Shown one piece after another: positions 9,246 through 16,270 of a stretch of DNA of 32,000 nt; the stretch's first letter is position 1; each line of letters begins with the position of its first letter. The DNA lies in assembly GCA_027460535.1 (NCBI GenBank), contig JAPZAR010000006.1, positions 60,001 to 92,000 on the forward strand. The letters run 5' to 3'. Under the pieces are notes generated by a model, which saw nothing but the letters and a program-made list of their open reading frames with translations, did no database searches and had not been told where the DNA came from. Source of the DNA: Candidatus Methanoperedens sp. GTDB taxonomy: Archaea > Halobacteriota > Methanosarcinia > Methanosarcinales > Methanoperedenaceae. The position numbers and the translations under genes were made by a program.

Positions 9246-9502
9246 CCCAATATCCCGGCTACTTCCTCTAATCTTTTAAATAAATTTTCACCTTTTTCAG
9301 TTAACTCATAGCATACCTGGTCCTGATTAAAATTTATAATAAAACCTTTTTTTAATAGAAAATCTAGATATCCTTGGATATTTCCCCGCTCAAGATATGA
9401 CCGTTGAATTATTTGAGTCTTATTTAAATTTTTCTCTTCCTGTAATGCCTTTAGCATTTCTAAGATTATTTCAAATCTGCTCTCTTTTGCCATCCTTATC
9501 AC
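9242..9502 (-). CDS. Small winged-helix DNA-binding protein (HTH_45-like)
   Basis: 86 aa. FEIILEMLKALQEEKNLNKTQIIQRSYL, YLDFLLKKGFI and YELTEKGENL resemble archaeal wHTH proteins. GTG start. Confidence 0.5.
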   Translation of the reverse strand: MIRMAKESRFEIILEMLKALQEEKNLNKTQIIQRSYLERGNIQGYLDFLLKKGFIINFNQDQVCYELTEKGENLFKRLEEVAGILG

Positions 9503-10026
9503 TAAAGCAAAGACATCTTACCAATATATATATTTAATGATTAGTATGCTCATTATGATAGCCTTTAACATATTGGTGCGGATATTCTCATAAAAACCTA
9601 GGTATTTTTTGTAATCAATTTGTTCTATTCATAGTTTTAAAAAAAAAGATCTTCAGCAATCTACAATTTTAACGAGCATGAGCCATCCTGATGAAGTCAC
9701 TGACCACTGGATTGGAAAATCCGGGGCATTATTGTCTGAAGGCCCTAATTAAATTTGATTATATTTCAAAGATTGGATGACTGAATTAAATGAAGATTTA
9801 GAAATTTGCTCATATGATGTTATAGAGATTTGATTTGTATACCATGACGAAATTTAGATAATATTGGTGTTATTGATGCGAGCGTGTGGGTTTTTGGAGA
9901 GAGAGTATAACCATTTGTTAAGAGCGAAGTGAAAGTAATCAGACAATCAAGAAGCGACCGCTGCATGCCCACCATATCTCTATAAAACTCGCAGACTTTA
10001 TTACCCTTTAATTCGAATATTCCTTC

Positions 10027-10365
10027 ATGTATTACGATCTCCTCATCAGATTTGCGATAGGCGGCGCGGTGATAGCAGGGACTACCTGGATAGCAGAGCT
10101 GTTCGGCCCCAAATTAGGCGGGATAATAGCGACCATACCTGCCGTTACCATCGTAAGCCTGCTCATTGTGGGCAATGCCCTGGGGGAGAGAGCGGCCGTT
10201 GATTTCGCAAAAGGAATCGTGGTTGGGAACATACCATGGTTCGCCTACATTTTTGCCGTGATACTTCTCACCCAGCGGATAGGGCTGGTAAAAAGCCTTG
10301 CAGTAGGGCTGATGATATGGTTTTTGCTTGTGCCGCTGGCATCCAGGCTTTCACAGATGTTTTAA
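10027..10365 (+). CDS. DUF3147-like small membrane protein
   Basis: 112 aa with 4 predicted TM helices. LLIRFAIGGAVIAGTTWIAELFGPKLGGIIATIPAVT resembles DUF3147. Confidence 0.55.
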   Translation: MYYDLLIRFAIGGAVIAGTTWIAELFGPKLGGIIATIPAVTIVSLLIVGNALGERAAVDFAKGIVVGNIPWFAYIFAVILLTQRIGLVKSLAVGLMIWFLLVPLASRLSQMF

Positions 10366-10368
10366 ATT

Positions 10369-10403
10369 CCGTTACGGTATATTTTCAGAAATTTCCGTTA
10401 CGC
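10369..10403. repeat. Array 1 of the CCGTWACGS dyad motif (2 copies, 26 bp apart)
   Basis: CCGTTACGG at 10369-10377 and CCGTTACGC at 10395-10403. The array is intergenic, about 75-110 bp upstream of the RadA-like/PolB2 operon. Confidence 0.9.
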
Positions 10404-10477
10404 AATTTGTAATACTTTCACCCTGCTCTTTGCTCTTCGTATTATAGCTTGAAAACAGACGTCTAATTCTTAGAACG

Positions 10478-11164
10478 GTGAAAACTATGTACACCTCTTC
10501 CAGACAATTAAATCCTTTAATCGGAAGCTGTATCGACCCGGCAGGTTTCAAACCTGCATGTATAACAGTTATCGAGGGAACATCCACGCTCGTAACCGAT
10601 ACGCTTTTCGGCCTGTGCGCGCTTAAAGCGTGCGGTGGACATGACGTCATACTTGTAGATGGAGCAAATAGCTTCGATCCGTATGCAGTTTCAAGGTCGG
10701 TAAAGTTGCTTGGCCAGGATACAAGAAGCGCGCTATCCCGAATCCATGTAGCGCGGGCGTTTACAGAGTACCAGATGGATGCCATTATATGCGGGCTGCA
10801 TGATGCTGCGCTCCGGTGGCCTCCTTCACTGGTCGCAGTTTTGTACCTGTCCAATCTTTTCTCAACAGAAGACGGGAAACGCCTGTTCGATCCCCTGCTC
10901 AAAAATCTCCGGGATGTCACGCGGTCTTCCGGCCTTGTTACCGTGGTGACAAGCTTCGGAGGGAACTGGTGGGGAGACAGGATGCTTGCCGGGAATGCGG
11001 ATCGAGTGATCAGGATCGAAAAGACAAAAACCCATGTTAAGGTGAAGGATGGCGGTAACGTGTTCATGCACGTGCCTGTACCGCCGGGGCAGACGAAGGT
11101 CACTGATTTCATTGGAGGTGAGACGAATGGGCAGAACTGTGCCGAGCTTTCGGGTGCTGCTTGA
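10478..11164 (+). CDS. RadA/RadB-family RecA-fold protein with degenerate Walker A and B motifs (predicted inactive ATPase)
   Basis: The overall RadB-like pattern is present (ITVIEG, VILVDGANSFDP, IHVARAFTEYQ). The P-loop position reads GTSTLVTD, with no GxxxxGK[ST]. The Walker B position reads LVAVLYLSNLF, with no Asp. An ATG at 10487 is an alternative start. Confidence 0.65.
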   Translation: MKTMYTSSRQLNPLIGSCIDPAGFKPACITVIEGTSTLVTDTLFGLCALKACGGHDVILVDGANSFDPYAVSRSVKLLGQDTRSALSRIHVARAFTEYQMDAIICGLHDAALRWPPSLVAVLYLSNLFSTEDGKRLFDPLLKNLRDVTRSSGLVTVVTSFGGNWWGDRMLAGNADRVIRIEKTKTHVKVKDGGNVFMHVPVPPGQTKVTDFIGGETNGQNCAELSGAA

Positions 11165-11432
11165 AAGTATAGCCATTGAACTTACAGCCTTCCGAAGGGC
11201 GCTGCGCGGTTGTGACAGGGACGCATTTGACCGTATCATGAACATGTCCCGCAAACATGCGTCCTCGTCAACTGTCGCCCCGCTGCTTGATCCGATGGAC
11301 TCGATGTTCATGTCGATACTGATCGAGCAGCAAAAAGAGATAAACAGGCTGCAGGAGGCAGTATATGCATCTGCTGGATGTGCAGTACAACCGGGAGGAC
11401 AGCACAGTAACATGCTGGATAAAAAAGAATGA
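11127..11432 (+). CDS. Uncharacterised small protein of the PolB2 operon (101 aa)
   Basis: The ATG at 11127 follows ggaggtga with 6-nt spacing. The gene overlaps the RadA-like 3' end by 38 nt and the PolB 5' end by 68 nt. No family was recognised. Confidence 0.5.
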   Translation: MGRTVPSFRVLLESIAIELTAFRRALRGCDRDAFDRIMNMSRKHASSSTVAPLLDPMDSMFMSILIEQQKEINRLQEAVYASAGCAVQPGGQHSNMLDKKE

Positions 11433-13512
11433 TGCCTGCCTGCCTGTAAAAGAGACATACTATCCTGAAATATATGTCACTGGCGGCTCTGAGCTGAAAT
11501 CCCTGATAGCTACCATCCCTGGTGTTGTTGACACAGGTTTCCAGGATAAAAAAACGCATCTCTCAGGTGGATTGGAGCGTCTCATTTCTGTGAGGGTGAA
11601 GAGCACAGATGCAATATACGAAATAGCCGGGATGCTCGAGGCGCGCGGATGCATGCTGTATAACATCGACCTTGACCCGGCACGGCAGTACCTGCTTTCG
11701 AAAAACCTGTTCCCCATGGCAGATCTGGATATGGATGACCGGTATTCGATGGATTACACTATCCCGCATCTTAAGATCATGGAGCTGTCGGTAAAGCCAA
11801 AGAAGCAGCACGGAATAACCACCATGGACGACCCTATTGGCAGTATTGCCCTGGGAGAAAGCGTACTTGAAAGCGATGAAAACATGATGCTGGACGAACT
11901 TTCCAGACTAGTGGCAAAAGAAGACCCGGATATCATTGCCACAAACGGAGGCGACAGCTTTGACCTGCCCTATCTCTACCACAGGGCCGAACTCGCTGGC
12001 ATCCCGATGCAGCTTGGGCGCATGCGCGGCAGGGATCCCAAAAAGGGCAGGTCGTACTTCAGCTACGGCAGGATAATCTACAAACCCGAAGGATACGTCC
12101 TTTCAGGCAGGCTGCATCTTGACAGCGCATCGTTCATGTACAGGGAAGGCGGCCTTTCAGGGCTAATCGATCTTGCGCGCATCACGGGTATACCGATGCA
12201 AGACCTGTCTCGCATAAGCCCGGGCAGCGCTGTGACGGCGCTGCAGGTCAACCAGGCTCAAAGGGATGGCGTTCTAGTTCCATGGAAGCGCAACCTTGCG
12301 GAGGACTGGAAGACGGCTCTGGAACTCCTGATAGCCGACCGTGGCGCGCTTGTGATAGAGCCGCGGGTCGGGCTGCACGAGAATGCGGCTGAGATTGATT
12401 TTGCATCCCTTTTTCCCAATATCATGGTCACCAGGAACATCTCACCTGAGACCGTGCTGTGCGGATGCTGCCTTGACTCGAAAACGCGGGTGCCCTTTAC
12501 AGGCTATAACATCTGCGAGAAGCGGATCGGGCTCATACCCAGGGTGCTCAAGCCCCTCATCGAACGGCGCATGGCATATAGGAAGCTGGCGCGAGAGGAT
12601 ACTTTGAGGGCAGAGGAATACGAAATGAAGCAGAACCTGCTCAAGTGGCTCCTTGTCACGAGCTTCGGGTACATGGGTTACAACAAGGCGCGCTTCGGCA
12701 GGATAGAATGCCACGAATCTATCACGGCGTACGGCCGCGAGATACTGCTGCAGACGATCGACCTGGCAGAGGAGATGGGCTTTGAGATACTTCACGGGAT
12801 AGTGGACAGCCTGTGGGTTAAAGGTAATGGCGTTGAAGAGCTGTGCAGGCGCGCCAGCGAGCGCATAGGGATATCGCTTGAATACAAAGGAGAATTCAAG
12901 TGGATCGTCTTCCTGCCGAATAAATCCAACGGCACGGGCGCGCTAAACCGCTACTACGGCGTTATGGGGAACGGGAAGTTGAAAGTGCGGGGAATAGAGT
13001 TGAGGCGCAGCGATACACCCGCACTAATGATAAGGCTGCAAGAGGACATTCTGGCATGCCTTGCGCGCGCTGAGGATGCAGAAGGGTTCTACCGCGCAAT
13101 CCCCGATGCGCTCAGGATACTGCGGGAGTATTCTAAGAAGGTGCTTGCTGGGGAATGCAGCATTGAAGATATGATCTTTACAGCCCACGTATCCCGCGAA
13201 CTTCCGGAGTACAGGCAGTCCAACAACAATACGGCTGCTCTCAGGCAGTTCCAGAAAGAAGGTATTGCGATACATCCCGGTCAGAGCGTCAGGTACGTGC
13301 TCACGGACCATGCCTCGAAGAGCTACATGAAGCGCGTTAAGATCGCGGAGCTTGTGAATGAGAACACGCAGTACGACCGAGGGAAATACTACGAGCACCT
13401 GCTCAGAGCCGCAGAGAGCATCCTTTTGCCATTCGGATATACGAAAGAGAGGCTGGACGGGTTGATGCACGGGAATATGCAGGCAAGTCTGGAGAGATGG
13501 ATTATACGATGA
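11365..13512 (+). CDS. polB: Family B DNA polymerase, PolB2-like, with altered catalytic motifs
   Basis: Exo II is intact (NGGDSFDLPYL). The Exo I position reads KIMELSV instead of FDIE. Motif A is DFASLFPNIM (canonical DxxSLYPSII). Motif B is KWLLVTSFGYMGY (KxxxNSxYG with N changed to T). Motif C is HGIVDS instead of YGDTDS. Confidence 0.85.
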   Translation: MHLLDVQYNREDSTVTCWIKKNDACLPVKETYYPEIYVTGGSELKSLIATIPGVVDTGFQDKKTHLSGGLERLISVRVKSTDAIYEIAGMLEARGCMLYNIDLDPARQYLLSKNLFPMADLDMDDRYSMDYTIPHLKIMELSVKPKKQHGITTMDDPIGSIALGESVLESDENMMLDELSRLVAKEDPDIIATNGGDSFDLPYLYHRAELAGIPMQLGRMRGRDPKKGRSYFSYGRIIYKPEGYVLSGRLHLDSASFMYREGGLSGLIDLARITGIPMQDLSRISPGSAVTALQVNQAQRDGVLVPWKRNLAEDWKTALELLIADRGALVIEPRVGLHENAAEIDFASLFPNIMVTRNISPETVLCGCCLDSKTRVPFTGYNICEKRIGLIPRVLKPLIERRMAYRKLAREDTLRAEEYEMKQNLLKWLLVTSFGYMGYNKARFGRIECHESITAYGREILLQTIDLAEEMGFEILHGIVDSLWVKGNGVEELCRRASERIGISLEYKGEFKWIVFLPNKSNGTGALNRYYGVMGNGKLKVRGIELRRSDTPALMIRLQEDILACLARAEDAEGFYRAIPDALRILREYSKKVLAGECSIEDMIFTAHVSRELPEYRQSNNNTAALRQFQKEGIAIHPGQSVRYVLTDHASKSYMKRVKIAELVNENTQYDRGKYYEHLLRAAESILLPFGYTKERLDGLMHGNMQASLERWIIR

Positions 13513-13571
13513 ACGCAGATAATGCAGAATTATCAATGGTATCCGTGTTATGTTGATATTTCATTCGTTTA

Positions 13572-13634
13572 CCGTAACGGTAGTTTTGGCTATAAATTCC
13601 GTTACGCAATTAATTACTAAAATACCCGTAACGG
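13572..13634. repeat. Array 2 of the CCGTWACGS dyad motif (3 copies, 27 bp apart)
   Basis: CCGTAACGG at 13572-13580, CCGTTACGC at 13599-13607 and CCGTAACGG at 13626-13634. The array starts 60 bp after the PolB stop. Confidence 0.9.
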
Positions 13635-13817
13635 CGTTTGTCAGATTATTTTTATTTAAATCTCTTATTTTAATTTATAGCAGGACTTCTATGCCTGGCC
13701 CAATAGTTCCTACCCATAAAACGGATTGAAGTTTCTTTGAACAATCATTTTTTTATGCTGGGAATAAAAGAACCGCGCACAACATAAGTTTATAAACTCA
13801 AAGGATTACCTCGAAAT

Positions 13818-13997
13818 ATGAACCTAAAATATAAATTCAATCCCAAAATGCAACTGGCGTACGGAATATTTGGATTTCTGTCTGCAATAATCATAATCTA
13901 TATTTTCACTCATACCATAAACTGGGGTGTTGGCCTTGGTGTAGGTACCGGGAACTTCATTATTTCGGGATTATGCGATTTCCAGGAATGTGGTTAA
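13818..13997 (+). CDS. Possible small membrane protein (59 aa, 2 TM)
   Basis: An ATG-to-TAA ORF read by hand, just below the 60-aa track cutoff. It has two hydrophobic segments (GIFGFLSAIIIIYIF and GVGLGVGTGNFIISGL). No RBS was recognised. Confidence 0.3.
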   Translation: MNLKYKFNPKMQLAYGIFGFLSAIIIIYIFTHTINWGVGLGVGTGNFIISGLCDFQECG

Positions 13998-14076
13998 GGT
14001 ACCCGAAGAAAAAATGTCGTATAATATACCTTATACGCAGTTTTTATATACATAGAATAACAAAATATAGACTGTT

Positions 14077-14913
14077 ATGCCAGATGACCTGCCTCCAGCA
14101 TTAAAAAAACTCGAGACCGAGATGAAACTGCGGGGATTCTCAAAGCAGACCTCAAAGATGTACCTTTTCTATAACACTAAATTCCTTGAGTATATAAAAA
14201 AACCTCCCGAAGATGTAACCGAAGATGACATCAAAGAATTCCTTGCAAACAAAATAGCCGATGATCTACTTTCAAATGCTTCAATAGCATTGGTCAAATC
14301 CACCCTAAAATTTTTTTACACTGATATGCTCGGAAAAAATATTTCCATGATAAGGACACCGAAGGCGTCAAAAAAATTGCCGGTGGTCCTGAGCCGCAAA
14401 GAAATAAAACATCTGCTGGATAACACGCAGAACCTGAAGCATAAGCTCTTGATTGAGCTTCTTTACTCCACAGGGCTCCGGCTTTCGGAATGTATTAACC
14501 TGAAATACTCAGACATGGACATGAACGACGGAATCGGGTGGGTGCGCCTGGGAAAAGGCGCAAAGGATAGGATATTTATTGTTTCAGAATTGTTCAGGAA
14601 GGACCTTATGGATTACAAGGAAAAAATTCGCGCCGATGGCAAGGGTTATATTTTTTCAGTTAACGGAAAGAAAATGTCCCCGCGAGGCATCCAGCATGCG
14701 ATAAAAGTCTCAACGGAACGTGCCGGCATCGAGAAACCGGTGCATGTACACACCCTCCGCCATTCGTTCGCCACACATCTGCTCGAGAACGGTGTAGATA
14801 TCAGGAAAATCCAGAAGTTACTGGGGCATTCCAATCTGCAGACAACTCAGATATATACCCAGGTTTCATCGGAAGAGATAAAGAAGATAAAAAGCCCGCT
14901 GGATACATTGTAG
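14077..14913 (+). CDS. xerA: Tyrosine recombinase XerA (XerC/D family)
   Basis: The N-terminal SAM-like core-binding domain reads LRGFSKQTSKMYLFYNTKFLEYI. The catalytic region reads GLRLSE and HTLRHSFATHLLENGVDIRKIQKLLGHSNLQTTQIYTQV (the R, HxxR, H and Y residues). 278 aa is typical of archaeal XerA. Confidence 0.85.
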   Translation: MPDDLPPALKKLETEMKLRGFSKQTSKMYLFYNTKFLEYIKKPPEDVTEDDIKEFLANKIADDLLSNASIALVKSTLKFFYTDMLGKNISMIRTPKASKKLPVVLSRKEIKHLLDNTQNLKHKLLIELLYSTGLRLSECINLKYSDMDMNDGIGWVRLGKGAKDRIFIVSELFRKDLMDYKEKIRADGKGYIFSVNGKKMSPRGIQHAIKVSTERAGIEKPVHVHTLRHSFATHLLENGVDIRKIQKLLGHSNLQTTQIYTQVSSEEIKKIKSPLDTL

Positions 14914-14936
14914 ATATCAATTGCTCCGCAGTCGAT

Positions 14937-15224
14937 TTATTTTATCACTTCGACCATTATTATCCCGGGCATCTTCTCTTTCAGTGTTGACTCCAGTGCT
15001 GCGGCTATGGTACTTACAGGTATCTGGCATCTTCCGCATCCAACACCTTTCCTTGTTTTATATTTCCGCAGGAAATTACTGAATGTAACTGGCACCGAAG
15101 TCCTCGTGATCCTCACCTTTACGATGCCATTTGCAACATTAACCAGTTCGATATCTCCGCCGTCTGCCTGAAGGCTTTTTCGGAAATCGGACAGTATCTC
15201 ATTCAATGTTTCTGCAGATTCCAT
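14937..15224 (-). CDS. NifU C-terminal (Nfu)-like domain protein
   Basis: 95 aa. LQADGGDIELVNVANGIVKVRI, a CGRC motif and a KEKMPGI tail fit the Nfu/NifU_C pattern. Confidence 0.55.
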   Translation of the reverse strand: MESAETLNEILSDFRKSLQADGGDIELVNVANGIVKVRITRTSVPVTFSNFLRKYKTRKGVGCGRCQIPVSTIAAALESTLKEKMPGIIMVEVIK

Positions 15225-15269
15225 GATAGATAATTGCCCTCATACGTAATAATTTTCATCATGACAATG

Positions 15270-15332
15270 CCGTAACGTAATATAGTATAGATTTTTCCGT
15301 AACGGGATTAATATCTAAAAATACCGTAACGG
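15270..15332. repeat. Array 3 of the CCGTWACGS dyad motif (3 copies, 27 bp apart)
   Basis: CCGTAACGT at 15270-15278, CCGTAACGG at 15297-15305 and CCGTAACGG at 15324-15332. The array lies upstream of the NifU-like gene and immediately left of the 213-bp tandem array. Confidence 0.9.
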
Positions 15333-15360
15333 AATAAATTATATTGTTTGAAAAGGAGGA

Positions 15361-15906
15361 TAGTGGGCAGAATTGGGGATTATGGTGGTGGTAAAAAAGA
15401 ATCTTTTCTGCCCACTATAATTCGTATGTATACGAATTAAAGTATAAATAGTTTACGTTTGCTGTAAAAACCATGAATCTCATTGCGATCCATCGAGATC
15501 GACTGGATAATTTGCGGGTATGTAACACAGAAAAATTTACAGTTTGAATGCCAACCTTGCTGAGATAAGATTTTAGTGGGCAGAATTGGGGGTTATGGTG
15601 GTGGTATGTAAAAATAGTTTTTCTGCCCACTATAATTCGTATATATACGAACTAAAGTATATATAGTTTACGTTTGCTTTAAAAAATGAATTTCATTGCG
15701 ATCCATCGAGATAAACTGGATAATTTGCGGGTATATAACACAGAAAAATTTACAATTTGAATGCCAACCTTCCTGAGATAAGATTTTAGTGGGCAGGAGG
15801 GGTTTATGGTGGTGGTATATAAAAATAGTTTGTCTGCCCACTATAATTCGTATATATACGAATAAGTATTTAAGGTTTACGCATTACGTAAAATTGAAGA
15901 TTTCAT
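15361..15906. repeat. Tandem repeat, about 2.5 units of 213 bp, each with a 12-bp-stem inverted repeat and a 20-bp AT palindrome
   Basis: Units start at 15361, 15574 and 15787. Each contains TAGTGGGCAGAA, a 33-35 nt spacer, then TTCTGCCCACTA, followed by AATTCGTATRTATACGAATT. The third unit degenerates after about 15866. Confidence 0.9.
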
Positions 15907-15920
15907 AATATCAGACTTTC

Positions 15921-15983
15921 CCGTAACGCAATATTTTGATATATTTTCCGTAACGGATTAATATGCCATAAATAGCGTTACGG
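15921..15983. repeat. Array 4 of the CCGTWACGS dyad motif (3 copies, 27 bp apart)
   Basis: CCGTAACGC at 15921-15929, CCGTAACGG at 15948-15956 and GCGTTACGG at 15975-15983. The last copy abuts the TATA-like element of the small-ORF/UbiD operon. Confidence 0.9.
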
Positions 15984-15987
15984 AATA

Positions 15988-15994
15988 TTTATAT
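15988..15994 (+). promoter_or_regulatory. TATA-like element (TTTATAT) upstream of the 16019 ORF / UbiD operon
   Basis: Centred about 28 nt upstream of the ATG at 16019 with no SD, which suggests a leaderless or short-leader transcript. Confidence 0.35.
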
Positions 15995-16018
15995 GTTTCT
16001 GTAACTCATTAAGAGTAT

Positions 16019-16270
16019 ATGGCTGAGAGAAAATACACACGGTGGAAAAAATGCCTGATATGCGACGATTTTGTGAAACTGATGTTTCCCGAAGACGCCA
16101 GGGACATGCTCATAATCTACGAACCTCAGGAAGGGATGAGCGATGAATCGAAGAACTGGAAAAAGAGACAGCTTGGATATGTCCACAAGGTTTGCCTTAA
16201 GAAAGCAAATTCGATGTTAAAGATTAAATCTGTTGAACCTGGGGACAGTGGTGTTGCCGAGGTTGTATAG
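16019..16270 (+). CDS. Small Cys/His-containing hypothetical protein, translationally coupled to UbiD
   Basis: 83 aa. CLIC and HKVC could form a zinc-binding site. The stop TAG overlaps the GTG start of UbiD (ATAGTG). Confidence 0.4.
   Translation: MAERKYTRWKKCLICDDFVKLMFPEDARDMLIIYEPQEGMSDESKNWKKRQLGYVHKVCLKKANSMLKIKSVEPGDSGVAEVV

Noticed and set aside
10372-13536. Long antisense ORFs (10372-11112, 10862-11458, 13024-13536 and several shorter ones) opposite the RadA-like and PolB genes
   Set aside because: These are shadow ORFs in a GC-richer coding region. Their products are Arg/Ser/Pro-rich with no recognisable domains, whereas the sense-strand genes have clear family motifs. The same reasoning applies to 361-861, 18726-19157, 26202-26708 and 30833-31345.
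10478-14913. PolB plus a nearby tyrosine recombinase as a casposon, pipolin or integrated plasmid or virus
   Set aside because: There is no Cas1, no protein-primed PolB features and no terminal inverted repeats. The polymerase and its two partners match the chromosomal PolB2 module, and the recombinase looks like housekeeping XerA. The flanking direct-repeat modules are reported separately as an open question.
15419-15438. The AT palindrome AATTCGTATRTATACGAATT as the XerA dif site
   Set aside because: It occurs three times, once per repeat unit, and has no 6-bp asymmetric spacer between arms. It does not resemble the archaeal dif sequence as I remember it, and a dif site is expected to be single-copy.
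15415-15630. 71-aa ORF on the minus strand
   Set aside because: It lies entirely within the tandem repeat and spans a unit boundary. It has no RBS or promoter context and a low-complexity product. It is most likely a by-product of the repeat.
15361-15906. Possible CRISPR array
   Set aside because: The period is 213 bp and whole units are repeated. There is no alternation of 25-40 bp repeats with unique spacers, and no cas genes are in the window.
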